DNA from: Malacoraja senta
Taxonomy: Eukaryota
Assembly: GCA_038087875.1 (NCBI GenBank)
Contig: CM075996.1
Location: forward strand, 6,326,001-6,390,000
DNA length: 64,000 bases
Direction: 5' to 3'
Shown one piece after another: positions 12,475 through 26,489 of the stretch. The notes under the pieces are model-generated. The model worked only from the letters and a program-made list of their open reading frames with translations. It was not told where the DNA came from and did no database searches. The position numbers were made by a program, and so were the translations under genes. Numbering within the stretch: position 1 is the first letter of the stretch; each line of letters begins with the position of its first letter.

Positions 12475-13861
12475 TTTATGCTGCCTCTCTCCTTATCTCA
12501 TTATCTCGCAGCCTTTTGTCATGGAGTCATGCCGCATGGAAACGGGTCCTTCGGCCCAACTTGCCCATACCAAACAAGGTGCCCCATCTACACTAGTCCC
12601 ACCTACCTGCGTTTGGCTCGGATCCATCTTTCTTATCTACCCGTGTCCTTTTATCTCTGGCCTTTGTGCGACCATCAAATCCCCATCGCCTGTCTCCACC
12701 TAGCACTTGCCGGATGTAGCCCTGTCTCCACCTCTCTTCCAGCTTTCTCCACCTCACTACAATCAGTCTGAAGAAGGGTCCCAATGAGTAATGTCAGTGT
12801 TCTCCAGAGATGCTGTCTGACCTGCTGAGTTACTCCAGCACTTTTATTTGGTGTAAACCAGCATCTTGTGGCCAAAGTATTGATTTATTTTCTCAAGCAT
12901 GCCCCCTACCTTCATGAATAGATTTGTTTTGGTCTCTGATCAGCCCCACCTCTTCCTTTGCACACTGTTCACGTGTCTACAGGATATTTTTGGATTTCCT
13001 TTTACTTTTACTGACAGCCTTTTATGCTTCCTTTGCATCTCATTTCTGTTTTCACTTCTCTTCTGGGTTTCTTATAATCGCCCCCAATTTCCAGCAGTAT
13101 TTCCAACCAGCCATCTACCATGCGCTCATTTATTCTCTGTTTTGATCATCCACGGCCTTAATTTCCTAACCCTGCTCCTTCACGGGAATGTACCTGGACT
13201 GTGGCAGACACCGCTCCACTTACAGGCCTTCCATTATTAGTTTTGCTTTGCTAGCTTGGGTTGTAATTCACCCAGGCTAGTTCTGTTCTCGCACAACTGA
13301 AATTGATACCGATCCAATTGATTGTTTTCCCCCTTGAACTGGTCTTAACTTTTCTATAAATATTCCGAGCATTTCTGATCTAATCTGTTTCTCATTCATG
13401 CTCCGTTGACTTGGCCATGCTCTTTTCCCAGAGCAAAATCCAGCAATGAAACCTTCCACATTGGGCCATTTTGATCAACAATTGCTCAAAAACAAAGTTC
13501 TCAACATAATTCGGCACCTACTTCTCCTCCTGTACTCCATTTTGTGTTGCAAGTCTAAATTTTGATAGTTGAAGTTCCCCAACCTTGTGGCCTTTGACAT
13601 TCTGGGCAATTTTTCTGCAAGTTTGCTCTTCATCATAAACAAAATCGCTCATCAGGTTAGGCATTGATTGTGGCTGAGAAACACTATTTCAGTTTCATAT
13701 TTTATAAGGATTTGTTGCTTTGGTGATTTTAGTGTGTATATTTGGAGACACAGTGGGGGAAGGGTGATAGGAATGGTCTGGGGCACCAAGTGAATGAAAT
13801 GTCTGTTTCCTCTCCGTTTGCCATGTATTCACACATTTATTTCTGTTTTTTCCACCCTCAG

Positions 13862-14034
13862 TCCCCTGCAAAAGTTCTTAGCAGCAAGACGCATCATGGT
13901 AACAACCTCCCTCCGTCCATTTCTATTTCTCAGAGTGCGCAGGGGTCGATCACCACAAAAACGCCGACCCTGCCCTCGAATGGATCCAGCAACGGGGGAA
14001 ACAAACTGCTACAAACCAGCAAAAGCTACACTCT
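13862..14034 (+). CDS. CNOT3: CNOT3-like linker exon (SPAKVLSSK...KSYT)
   Basis: CCCTCAG acceptor, GTAAGT donor; begins SPAK as in CNOT3; phase 0 in, 2 out, compatible with next exon. Confidence 0.85.
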
Positions 14035-15419
14035 GTAAGTGCAGACACCTCAGTGAGGACACATAAGCAGCGAGTTTAACTCTGCTTCTGGCAATGGCAT
14101 GAAATATCTTGTTCTTTAACATAAGCTTTGTACAGTACGGTGAAAATACTTGATGTTTCTGAAAGAGTTCTGTATAACTCTTAATGAAGGAGAGCGAATA
14201 CTCTGGGCCAAATCAAATGGTTTTGTTAAAAGTTTACTTTTTGATTCAATGGGTGGTTTTCTCACTACAGCATCAAAAGCTGAAAAAATGATTCCCTCTG
14301 ATCTAAACTGAGTGGATATTGTTATCTGAGGTGCCACTTCAGTGATTTAGTGGCCATTGTACTTATAAGAAGTAATGTACATGTACACAGCTTAACTTTC
14401 TTCTTTCAAAGAGTTCCTTAACTATTCATCTTTGCTTTCTTTGGGATCTTGGGTCTAAAGTGGCTGCTGTGTAACGTTGAAAGTTAACAGCCCTACAGGG
14501 TACAGACTGTGCCCAGTGGAATGAATGCATTCCATTTTTACAGACGTCCATAAGTTATAAACTACACAAAAATCACTCCGGTAATCGTGCCATCACAGCA
14601 TTGTAATGAATAGCATCAAAAGCACACAAGACTGATTTTTTTATTTTAAACATGATGTAAAGAAATTTCTTAAAGTGGAGGGTTGGGGAGGGAAACGGGT
14701 TTTGCTGTTCATATGAGCTGCCATACGTCGGACTTTAGAATTTAATAATATGAGCTTACGGAGTCCGTAAGCTGTGCTTTTGGAGCCTGTGGAAGGCCTG
14801 TAACCAGAAGTGTATCGAGGGAAAATAAGTGCACTGTTCAAACAAAGCACCTTACATTGCCAGAGGTTCTGAAGCCAGTCAGACTAATAATTAATAGGTG
14901 TAGAATAGTGTAATTTGAATGTTGCTGGACCATTGATCTAGAGTTTGAATTCCACCCTGGCAGTTTTGTGGTTTAGATTTAAGCATCCAGAATTTGGATT
15001 TTTTTAAAATAATAGTGATCGTAAAAATACTTGGTGATTAAAACCATCTGGTTAATTATGTTCCCCAGGGAAGGAAATTTGTGACACGTACTCAGTCTGA
15101 TTTGTTTGAGATTCCGGAATTGCGAATGTCGTTGATACCAGACTGCCTCCTTAATTCAGGGGATTTTAGGGATGGACAATTTGCCAGTAATGTTCTCATC
15201 CCATGAATGAATAAATAAATGGCCGCCTTTTTGCCGTCATGTTTACGTCCAAAGAGAAGGTTTAAACATTCAGCCCAGTTCTTACTGTGGTTCTGGCAAG
15301 TGTTTGGGTATATCTGGGCCCAAAATACAGAACTATTTCACTAGAGACTAAGTTGGTTGCTTCAAAGGACATCTGAGGTAGGGGTAGTTCTGTGATACAG
15401 TTGGAGTATATTCTAGAAG

Positions 15420-15908
15420 AAAAGACAAAGTGATGGAGTAACTCAGCGGTCGGGCAGCATCCCTGGAATACATGGGTAGGTAAAGTTTCAGGTCGAGACC
15501 CTTCTTCAGACAGATTGTGTTATTTGGGGGTGGGGGGGGGAGAGAAAGCTGGAAGAGATGTGGGGTGCAACAAAGTCTGACAAGTGATAGGTGGATACGG
15601 GGGGGTGGGAGGCAGTTTTGGTTGGCAGGTGGTTGGACAAAAGCTAGAGATGAAAAGACAAAAAGTGCGATAAGGATAGAGGAGGCATGAATTGTCAAGC
15701 CAGACGACGGAATGTAGGCATAAGGAGATGGGATGGGGGCGGGGAAAAGAGAAATGGGTGTGTATCTAGATGGGACACAGGGACGAGGGAAACATGGGAG
15801 GTGGAGGCGGTGCTTGTAGGTTAGTTACCGAAAATTGGAGAATTCAGTGTTTGTAACTCCAGAGATGCTGCCTGACCCGCTGAAATCTGCAGTTCTTTGA
15901 TTCTGCAC
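15420..15908 (-). mobile_element. Penelope-like element 3' region with short inverted terminus
   Basis: Same terminal sequence as at 52990-53140; purine-rich 3' UTR on +; flanked by TATATTCTAG direct repeat. Confidence 0.65.
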
Positions 15909-17052
15909 TGGGATATATTCTAGTGATCAGGTTTATTTATTGGGAGCAGCTGGCCTGTCTGTATTGTGCCTTCAATTAATATATACACGCTCGCACGCAC
16001 ACTGAATGTATGCACGCCGTGTTCTAGAGTTACAGAAGCTTAGGAAATGTCCAGGGGAGCCTGTTCGCTTTCCTCAGATTCACGTTAGCTTCTGTTTGAT
16101 GGGTGCAGAGCAGCGATGTTTGCCAGGTCACCCACCTGTTAGCCAACAATATACGGGGCGAAAGAGGAATGGAAAGTAAAAGGGTAAATGGCTATGGTTT
16201 ATGGAGTTATATGGTTTAATTAACAATAATCACTGGTGAAAATGTTTGAACTCTGCTTCCTATTTGGTGGCCCTCACTTTCCTGTGTAACTCTGCCTGAT
16301 ACCCATTCTTGCTGAGCTGTTGGTGTTAGTGTTGCCTTCCTTGCATGAAGAGTTTGTACGTATTCTCTAAAATAATTCATGAGACTGATTTGGGAAATAC
16401 CCCAAAATGGTTTTGTTGTTTAACCTAATGCAAGAGAAGTAAATATCAGGGATTGTAATAATATTTTGGGGCTTTTTTCTGGTGACTTTCTAAAACCCTC
16501 AAACGCAATTAGTAAGCCAGAGATTGCTGCCGTAATCCGTTCCGGGGATTGAGTTTCACCGTGCTTTAAAACTTTTTTTATTTGGCTTCAAATTTGAGGA
16601 TAATTTCTCAGCGTTGAAGCTGAGGGGTGAGCAAAACTTGGTGTCTTCAATCAGAACGAGGGAGAATTCACCTCAGTATTAGGCCCATGTGGGGTGATGT
16701 GCGTAAGCAATTCTTGCAGACTGGAAATTTAGAAAACTCTTCAAACTGTTGAGGTGGTTGAAAAATGTTGTTCTCCGAAGATGTTAAACATCACCGATCC
16801 AATATAATGGATTCAAGATGCAAATCACCTGTGTCATACATGTTCAGCAGAACATCATTGATGGACTAAAGATCTATTTCTAAGAGGTGGCTTCATGTAA
16901 TTTAGCGGGAATTTGAATGGACTTGGGAGGCGGCTGGAGCTACAGCCTGGATCCATCTCAGGAAGAGACATGCCGTGATGCTCTTGTTCAGATTGGTTCA
17001 ATGATTTGAGGAAATGGGTGTCACTGAAGATTTTCTCATACCTATTTTCCAG

Positions 17053-17195
17053 GACGCAAGGGACGAACTCAGTTTCTGCCTATGCAGCTGCAGTGGCAGC
17101 GGGAACCACCACAATCAACACCACCAGCTCATTCCAGTCAAGACCTGCCAATGCGGTGCCCATTCCCACCAGCAAGCAGCAAAATGGGACTGCAA
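17053..17195 (+). CDS. CNOT3: CNOT3-like linker exon (TQGTNSVSAYAAAVA...KQQNGTA)
   Basis: TTCCAG acceptor, GTATGT donor; phase 2 in, 1 out; SAYAAAVA and KQQNG resemble CNOT3 APYAQAVA and KQNG. Confidence 0.85.
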
Positions 17196-18869
17196 GTATG
17201 TAATACTGTCCACTTGCTCTGCACTTGTTCTGTCATGGGGAATAGTGGTGCAGATTTGGTGGGGACAAGGTGGCGCTATGTCTTTTCCACCGACCCTGAG
17301 GCCCAATTTTGTCTTGCATCAAATCATTTTGGAATAATCTACGCAGGCATGGGTTAGATTCAGAGTGGACATCCATCGCTCTGCTTCAGTATTGGGCCTC
17401 AGTCGCAGCTTCAAGTTAAAACTCTAACTGGCGTAAAGTTGGCAGTATCACTTGGGGAGGTCGCAAGTGGGCTGTGGTGCTTCTTCAGGGAGGGGTTATG
17501 GAGGAGTCTTATTGAAGCACAGTGATGGGGGCTTCTTTACATTGCATCTGATCCATGCTGCACCTCGCTTTGAGTATGTGGTAAATGACTAAAAAGTGCC
17601 CACATTTTTCTGAATTGAATGTACCGAGTGCATTCGTTTCTGAGGCAGAAGATGGCAAGTTCAAACATTTCTGAAAGTTTATCTGATTTAGGTTTTGCCA
17701 TTATTGTTTGTAGGAGCTTTCTATGTTCAGTGGCGATCATGTTACCATAATCCTGCAATTGCACTAACAAAAAAAATGGTTAACTGTCTGTGAACATTTT
17801 TTAAAATTGAGATTAATAAAGATATGATTATAGAGCTGGATAATGGTGAAGAGGATGCAGAGAAGCAGGGGATGTAGATGAATGGCTGAGGACATGGCAG
17901 ATGGGGTATAATATGGGAAATGTGAGACACCATCTTAAGAGATGATTTTTGTTTAAAAGGTGCTCAGAGGGATCTGATTGTCCTTGTATATGAATCTCTC
18001 AAAGTAAATATACAGGCACAGCAAGCAATTAGCAAAGCAAATCGTATGTTGGATTTAATTTTGCTGGTGGAGTTGAGTATATCTTGCTCAAATTACATGG
18101 GGCACTAAATAGACCAGAGCTAAAAAGGTATAGAGTATAAATAAGCGCCTGGAATTGCAGATGCTGGTTTACCAAAAATGAACAGTGCTGGAGTAACTCA
18201 ATGGGTAGGGCAGGATTTGTAGAGGACATGGATAAGTGACGTTTTGGGTGGGACCCTTCTTCAGACTGAAATGTCCTCTAGAGATGCTGCCAGACCCGCT
18301 GAGTTACTCTAGCACTTTGTTCTTTTAGATGTGAGGATGGCGCTCACTCTGGTTATACTGTCAAAAAGCAGGGGTCACGGTCTCAAAGTAAGTGCTGGCA
18401 ATTCAAGGCTAGTGAGAAGAACCAGCTTCACCCAGAAAGTGGTGAATCTTTGGAATTCTGTCCTCGGAGCGCTCTGGAGACGCGATTGCTGAGTATATTC
18501 CAGACACTGGTCAAGAGGTTCTCAAATATTAAGGATATGGAGTTAGTGCATGCAAATGTTGCAGTAAAAATTCCAGCCATGATCTTATTTAGTACCAGCC
18601 ATGAAGGGCTGAATGCCCTAATCATATTTCTTTACACAAACTCAACATTTTTCAACAGCCTTAATTAGAAACAAAATTTGTTCTCCCATTCACAATAATT
18701 TGAGTGATCATATGGTAACTAGCTCACTACCTTGTCATAAAGGCTCATAGTGTGTCCCAGATGTTGCTACTGAGTCTGTGTGTCACTGCATTTTCTAATT
18801 GCATCATCGTTGCATTTATTTGTGGACAAACTTCGGGATATGCTGCTAAAGTTGAATTATGTTTTTCAG

Positions 18870-18978
18870 GTTACAGTGCTGTTGTCGCTGAGAACAGTGT
18901 GGAACATCAAAATAGCTACAGTCTTCCCTCCAGTACAAACAGTCAGCCGAGTGGCACCACACCCATCCAGAATAATGT
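18870..18978 (+). CDS. CNOT3: CNOT3-like linker exon (SYSAVVAENS...IQNNV)
   Basis: TTTTCAG acceptor, GTGAGT donor at 18979; SYSAVVA resembles CNOT3 SYSSVVA; phases fit both neighbours. Confidence 0.87.
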
Positions 18979-19012
18979 GTGAGTATCTCAGTCTGTTATA
19001 TCCTTCAGTGGT

Positions 19013-19220
19013 TAGACACAAAGTGCTGGAGTAACAGGACAGGCAGCGTCTCTGGATAGAAAGAATGGGTGACGTTTTGCGTCGAATCATCTCAAGAAGG
19101 GTCTCGACCTGAAATGTCATCCATTCCTCCTATCCGGAGATGCTGCCTGTCCCGCTGAGTTACTCCAGCGTTTTGAGTCTATCTTCGGTGTAAACTGGAA
19201 TCTGCAGTTCCCTCCTCCAC
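19013..19220. mobile_element. Palindromic PLE-terminus mini-element, subfamily A
   Basis: Inverted arms; 15-bp flanking direct repeat ATATCC(T/G)TCAGTGGT (18998-19012 / 19221-19235). Other copies ~25828-26050, 28524-28697, 28955-29125, 31110-31295, 34875-35085, 56482-56698. Confidence 0.75.
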
Positions 19221-20424
19221 ATATCCGTCAGTGGTGCTGTGGGAAACTACCAGAGGCTCATTGAGCGACTCTGTGCACTGTGGTTCTGCAAACCTTCCAA
19301 TGTTGTTGTCCCCTTCCCCAATCTGGCCAGTGCTCGCTAAAAATGATCAAAGAATACTAGAGTTTTGGAGGTCCCAGCTCTTCAATTCCGTGACACAGTT
19401 GTTGGATTAGGAACTGAAAGAGGTAACAGATGTCAAATCATACTGGCTGTTGAAATACATTCCAATATGTTTCGTGAAATAAAAACAAGTCAGGCACCAT
19501 CTGTGGAAAGCTATATTTCTCTAGCGCTCCGAAGGCTTGCGGAAGACCTGATGGAAGTTTACAACATTATGACAAGCATAGATGGGATAGGCTGAACCTT
19601 TTTCCCCCAAGGTGGAAAAGTCAAAGAGTAGAGGACATAGCTTCAAGGTGAGAGGGACAAAGTTTAAAGGAGATGTGCGGGACAAGTGTTTTTTGCTGCA
19701 CAAAGTGGTCAGTGCCTGGAAGACGAGGGTAGACACGATATTGGCATCTAAGAAGCTTTTAGATTGGCACTTGGGTATGCAGAGAATGGAGGAATATGAA
19801 TCGCATGCAGGCGAGGAGATTAGCTTAACTTGGTATCTCGTTCAGCACGGACATTGGGGCCGAAGGGCCTGTTCCTGTACTGTTATGTGTTCTATTTTTC
19901 AGATTGATGCCCTTCATTACAACTCCGAGGTCTGATAATATGGAACTTTATTCCCTCCCCAGCAGTTGCCCAACCTCCCAAATCTCTCTTTATTTCACGT
20001 TTACAACATTTATACTTCTGCTTTGTAATTTATGGGCTGTCAGCTTACTTTAAAACCTCAGTTCATTTGCTGATGTCCATTGAGGGGAAAAAAAACTGCT
20101 TTCTTAATCCCTTCTGGTCTACAGTCTTGTGCTTATGTGACACCGTAATGGTGGCCTGGCAGGCTACTGTTTGTTAACGTGATGTTGTAGCTGCTGCTTT
20201 GTCAGCGTCCTCCGAGCAGATTTACAAAAGTACATTTGCTGTCCTTAAATTTGACCACTTTCAGGTTTTCTGGTGAATTCGGGGCACCTTCCCAATAAAG
20301 TGAACAAAGCATAGAACTAACTGTTCAGGAAAGTTAAATAATTTCACCAGACTAGTTTGTGTAGATTGGTGTTAATGTGACGGCATCTTGTATTTTATTG
20401 TTTTTATGAACCTCTGTTACACAG

Positions 20425-20581
20425 GAAAGAGACGGTCAGTGTGTCTGTAGCTATCACGACAAGCATCATCCCTGTACTGGCAGCCAGTCAGGTCAACACA
20501 CAAGCCTCCAACTTTTCTGATCTTAAACCAACACCAGCCATGATGAATGGACCCTTGCCGTTTGTCTCACAGGAGCTGAAG
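20425..20581 (+). CDS. CNOT3: CNOT3-like linker exon (KETVSVSV...MMNGPLPFVSQELK)
   Basis: ACACAG acceptor, GTACGT donor; open frame; C-terminal NGP..F...E.K as in CNOT3; phase 2 in, 0 out. Confidence 0.85.
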
Positions 20582-22516
20582 GTACGTACAGATTAAAATG
20601 GGCGGGTGAAGTGCTTCCACCTTCGTCCCTCTCTTGCTGTCCTCAAACACTGCAGTTCAACAGTATACAGTTGGTGTCTATTGGTTACTGGAATTCTGAC
20701 AAACCCATGTCTGCTTTAAAGTGGCTTTTGTGAGGCAATATTGATGCCTGTTTCTTACAGTAATTTATACAAGGCACAACACAGCACTTCTGAGTTTAAT
20801 TTTGTACGTCCACCCTCAACGAATGCCTATATCACATTGTTCATGTTGATGTCATCCTGCTATGTGCAGTCCTGTTACTACTTGTTGGTGCAACTGACTT
20901 TGATAATTGGACCCTTGGGGTGATTCAGGAATTAGTCAATGAGTACACCTCTCCAGCAGTAGCCAGTACCATTAGAAGGTACAATATCTCCATTTTGTCT
21001 TGTCTGGCAGCTTCCTTCATCTCTATCACAATGGTGCAAAATAATTGAAGGTGAAGATTAATGGTTTTATGTGAGACAATTCGTGTTCGCATTTGGCTGA
21101 TGCATACGAGGTCAGGCCTGTCTGTTTGCAAAGCTGTTCTTTTAATTTCAAACTGATCGCACTGTTTGGTAGCTACATTAGAATAGATATTCTGAAGATT
21201 GGTTCTTGTTTTGAATTAATGTTGCTACCCACACCTAATTTTATAACTCCTGAATAATTGCAGTAAACTTGCGAGAAGCATAAGAACTAAATCTTTAAAT
21301 TTGATTTTGGTCCCAAAACAACCCACAAAATATTGTTACAATTTCAGATAATTACAATGAATGTCATAGTTTTGTTTACTGGTACTTATGCAAAGATTTT
21401 TTTTCTTCTTGAAGTCATTGTTCATGTTACAGGCAATTGTAGATGGCTTACTTGCGCGACAAAATACAAATATCGTTCAAATATAGTAGAGGGGACAAGT
21501 GTCATTATTTTGTTTGGGGACTTCCAAAGCTGGTTTGTCTGTTATTACAAATGTCTCAAGTACCAAGCAGGGTGCAGTGCCTTGGGGTCTGTTATTTTGA
21601 AGTATAATCCTGATGTACTGAGGACTTGTTGTGCCAATGAGATGGTGTTCTAGCTAAGCCTTTGAAGCATGAAACATTACAGTTTTACCGTATCTGTGAG
21701 GACTGCAAATAAAAACCTGACACAGGTTTTTGTTTGAAAGGCTAAGGACTGTTGGTTAGAATGTTCTGGTTGGTTACGTCACAATCTGTACTGCTCAGAG
21801 GGTTGCAGTTTGAAGGTAAACTCCAGTTCATGCCCAACTTACTGCTGCTTCAAATTGGGTTTTTCCCAGTGTCTATCACAGCTTTTTGCAGCAAAGGCTT
21901 GATGGTTTGTCTCATCTTTTCCATGGGAAAATTAGTGGGGTTTTCAATTGAATGTGTGATCCTTTTAATTTAACCTTTTACTGTCCATCCTGCCCTACTC
22001 TTGTTTTCGATGTTCTATCTTGCTCACTTCATTATTTGTGAGAATTCCTAAGTACTCTTAGATCACAGAGTTCTTGAAATGTATTCTTTATCTCGGCAAG
22101 AAGTGATGTTATTGCCAAGGTTTGGCATTTAGCTTTGGAGCAGTTACTTTATTTCGGCATTCATTAAAAGCTATTATCGCCAATTTATTAGTGCGTTCAC
22201 CGGAGTCAAAGTTTTGGGTTTAACTTTATGTACAGAGCTCGGTTGTATAATCTAGGCTGACATTCTATTGGGGTGTTGTTGCAGATCACATTGAACCAAT
22301 GACTATCATCTGGGCATACAAGGCCTTGGAGCACCTCTCAAAGCCCAGGGGAATCCTAGTTGTTACCCCTCCCTCAAAGTGCAGCTCTGTTGTATCTGAA
22401 CTGCTCTTGATGGGATCTCGGTGTGTGCTGAAAGCCATTTAGATGATGCATTGTATGCAAGGCAAATGTTTGGGATGTCTTTGTATTAACATTGTTTGGT
22501 TTTTCTATACATGCAG

Positions 22517-22619
22517 CCGGCTCCAGAGACACTCAGCTCTTTAAAAAGTATGGCAGAACGAGCAGCTGTGAGTGCAGGATTGGAAGAGCAAGTCCAGTCT
22601 TTGCATTTGAACGAGAGAG
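22517..22619 (+). CDS. CNOT3: CNOT3-like exon ([34 protein letters not shown])
   Basis: TGCAG acceptor, GTGAGT donor; [12 protein letters not shown] identical to recalled CNOT3. Confidence 0.93.
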
Positions 22620-24282
22620 GTGAGTGCCTGCAGACCTATATTCCTGTAATAGAAACATAGAAACATAGGAAATAGGTGCAGGAGGAGGCAATTCAGCACT
22701 TCGAGCCAGCACCGCCATTCATTGTGATCATGGATGAACGTCCCCAATCAATAACCCGTGCCTGCCTTCTCCCCATAATGGTGTTTGTAGAACTCCAGAT
22801 GTACTTTGCAACAGTCGTATGGGAATATGGGTGCCAAAATCTTTCATTCAATGGTAAACTATTAAGAGTTTAGTTTAGTGTAGAGGTACGGTGCAGAAAC
22901 ATGCCCTTTGGCCCACCGAGTTTGCACCGACCAGCAATCCCCGATTTATGCCACAAGTTGACTGGCGCTTTTCAGGCTCGGGGATGGTTTTGCAGTAATC
23001 GACCTCTTCACCGGGGACAGAGGTTGAAAATTGACCCGAGTTTCATCCCTAATCACTGACCAGTCATTACTGGTAAACCCGCTGAATATCCAGGACCTAG
23101 AAATGTTTGAGGAGGAAACCAAAGTTGTAGTGCGTGTGTAAAACCTTGATCAAGTCAGTGATGGAGTGTTCAGAGCACGAGAAAACTGAGGGAAGCAATG
23201 TTTGCTATGCATTAGGTCGGTCTTCCAGAGAAGATTCCAATGATATCCGCACCCGGTCTACTTGGTTGCCCTTAGATGACACCTTGTGACTTGTACAGCC
23301 CTCCTGATGCTATCTATATTTGAAAGAAGTAATGTTCACCTTAAACTCACTGAACTGTCAACTGGATCAAAGCAGCCTTTATTAATCTGAACAAATGGGA
23401 CTCAAGGGTTGTAATTGCTTTATTATTCACATGTGTACCAAGATAGTGAAAAGCTTTTGTTTGTGTGCAGTCCAATTAAATCAGATAATACTATGAATTA
23501 ATATAATAGAGCCATACACAAATATACACCAGGTAGAGCAATGAGAAAAATACCAAGGGGCTGGATGTAGTTTTCAGCGTTGTAACGGTACAGTTTGAGG
23601 AAAAAGTCTAATGCCAATTAGGTAGGTTGGACAATTGGGACTATACCCTAGTTTATGGGAGAACCATTCGGAATTCTGATACCATAGGGGAACAAGCTGT
23701 TCCTGAGTTTGGTGGTACATGCTTTGTACCCTCTCAACAGGAGCGGGGAGAAGAGGGAGTGTTCGGTGTGAAAAAGTTATGTGATGACTTTTATGTTGGC
23801 TGCTTTCGTGAGGCAGTGTGACAGTGTGGAGGGGAGTTTTGTCTGTGTAATGGACTGGGATACAGCCGCACCTAAGCAATTTCTTGTGGTCTTGGGCAGA
23901 GCTGTTCCAGAACTGGGATTAAAAGGAGGCAAATGGCGCAGAACGCTACAGCCAAGAGGCTCAAATGAAATAGTTGCCCACTTCTGTTGCAACTGTTCCA
24001 ATACCTTATGTGTTGGAAAATCCTCCAATTATTTTACTGAAAGTTTCATGTTGACCAGATAATAGGCCAGATAATCACCTAGCACCCAAATATATGGGGG
24101 GAAATTCCAGCTGAGGTAACCTCGTACATTTGGGCATCACCAGCGTTAAATAAAATTGCAATGTGAGGTATTCCTGATCATTGATCATTCCTGATGCATG
24201 CAGAGCGCAAGGGTTTCATCCTTCACAAGAGGGCAGACTTGGATCTAAATCTCATTGAACTTACTCATACTTTAGACTTTAA

Positions 24283-24478
24283 AGGGCTTGTCCCACTCAC
24301 GCAATTTTTTCGGAGACTTGCCGGCACCCGTCATTGTCACAGCAGGTCGCCGAAAATTTTCAACATGTTGAAAATCCAGCGGCGACCAGAAAAAGGTAGT
24401 CTCTTTGGGCAACTACTCACGACCATACAGTAGTCACCCCGCGACTCCCGAGAAAATCTCGTAAGTGGGACAAGCCCT
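24283..24478. mobile_element. 196-bp MITE with TTAA flanks
   Basis: TIR AGGGCTTGTCCCACT(C/T)ACG at both ends; TTAA at 24279-24282 and 24479-24482. Confidence 0.8.
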
Positions 24479-25423
24479 TTAAGGTAGTGTGGAAACGGGC
24501 GCTTCGGCCCACCGAGTCAGCGCAGACCAGCGATCACCCCGCACACTAGCATTATTCTACACACTGGGGATATTTTACAATTTTACTGATGTCAATTAAT
24601 CTACAACCCTGGACGTCTTTGGAATGTGGGAAACCCAGGTGGTCACAGGGAGAATGTACATACTCCATTCAGACAGTCTCTAGTGCAGTAAGGCAGCAAC
24701 TTTACTGTTACACCACTGTACTGCCCTGTGCCTGCTGTCTTTCATTTCCAGGGCATACTTCATGTTATTTAGAGTCTGCTGGTCCATATGATGAACAATG
24801 CCTTGTGCAGTGGTGAAGTTTTGTCTGATGCTATCCACTGTTGTTCAGTTGGTCTGGCTGCACGGTTAACCTTCGTTCAGTCCGCACTCTATTCATCTGC
24901 CTCTGGTACATGAGGCTTGAGCTCTCGTACTCAAAGCTCACCATGGAGTGGAGATCTGACCATTGATGGTCAGCAGGGATTGTTCTGGCCTGCATTCATT
25001 CTAAATCATCCTGAAGGAGGGTCGGGTAATACTGATACAATGGAATGAGTAAGATTAATTAATGGGCGGCGCAGCGGTAGAGTTGCTGCCTTACAGCGCC
25101 AGAGACCCGGGTTTGATCCTGATTATCGGTGCTGTCTGTACAGAGATTGTACGTTCTCCCTCTGACAGCGTGGGTTTTCACTGGGTGCTGCGGTTTCCTC
25201 CCACACTCCAAACACGTATTCTTTTGTAGGTTAATTGGCTTAGGTAAATATTGTAAATTGTCCCCAGTGTATAGGGTAGTATTAATGTACGGGGATTTGC
25301 TGGCCGGCACAGACTCGGTGGGCCGAAGGGCCTCTTTCCACGCTGCATCTCTAAACTAAACTTTAAAAAATAATAAATGTTGTGGGTTCTGTTTAATATG
25401 CGTTGTGTTTTTTTGTTCTCTAG

Positions 25424-25622
25424 TTCTCCTCACCACCCCATCATCGCAGAGCAACTCGATGACATCTACTGTTCCGCAAACAACAGAGGTTCATCTTCAG
25501 CCTATGCTGGGTGTGTGCCCACTCAGCCCAGTGCATCTATCCAAGGACCAAGAATACCAGCTGCACATGGTGGAATCAGCGTGGCTACACATGCCTCACC
25601 CGTCGGACTCTGAGAGAATACG
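25424..25622 (+). CDS. CNOT3: CNOT3-like exon, NOT1-anchor/connector region (...LGVCPL...[15 protein letters not shown])
   Basis: TTCTCTAG acceptor, GTCAGT donor; LGVCPL and [12 protein letters not shown] motifs. Confidence 0.95.
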
Positions 25623-26489
25623 GTCAGTAGTCACTCGTGGGCAGGATGATAAATTCGGGGGGGAAATGAGAAGATGAATTTCCCACATAGAAATAATGAA
25701 TACGGGTTCAAACAGTGAACTGTACATTTTGTATTTTGAATCTCAACAAATCCATTTCCCAGCAATACTAAAATACTACGAAAACTGAAAATACCTCAGC
25801 CAGCCACTGGGCAGCATATGTGCAGGAAGGAACTGCAGATGCTGGTTTAAAGCGAAGATAGACACAAAATGCTGCAGTAACGCAGCGGGACAGGCAGCAT
25901 CTCTGGAGAGAAGGAATGAGTGACGTTTCGGGTCGAGACCTTTCTGAAGAAGACCCTCCATCCAGAAGGAATGGGTGACGTTTCGGGTCGAGACCCGAAA
26001 CATCACCCATTCCATCTCTCCAGAGATGCTGCCTGTCCTACTGAGTTACTGGAAAGCATATTACCTTTTGGGCTTTAATCTCAAATCACATTTATGAAAT
26101 TAGATTTCTTTCATTAATAGCGTACAAAGAAACCACTTAAATATTCTTGGTTGCACAGTAAACCTAAAGCCTGATTATGTCAGTAAAACAACTTTAGACA
26201 ACCAGAAATCCTGCTATATGTGTTCGGTTTATAAAATAAACGTTGACTTGTTCAACAAATTAAGTCAGAGCTGGGAATAATGTTGGTGAAGCTGTTCTAT
26301 TGTTCCAGTGGGCAGGTTTAACTTGAGTGCTACCTCAACCAAGTTACATGGCCCATTAAGCTGTAGCACATTTGATTTTGTGGATAAAAATATTATGGAT
26401 TTTCTATTTTCTCCAATGGGCTAGCAAGGCCGAGAGACAGTATTTTAAGTATGTTGCCGCAGATTGATGTGATGTGGGAGAGATAAGAT

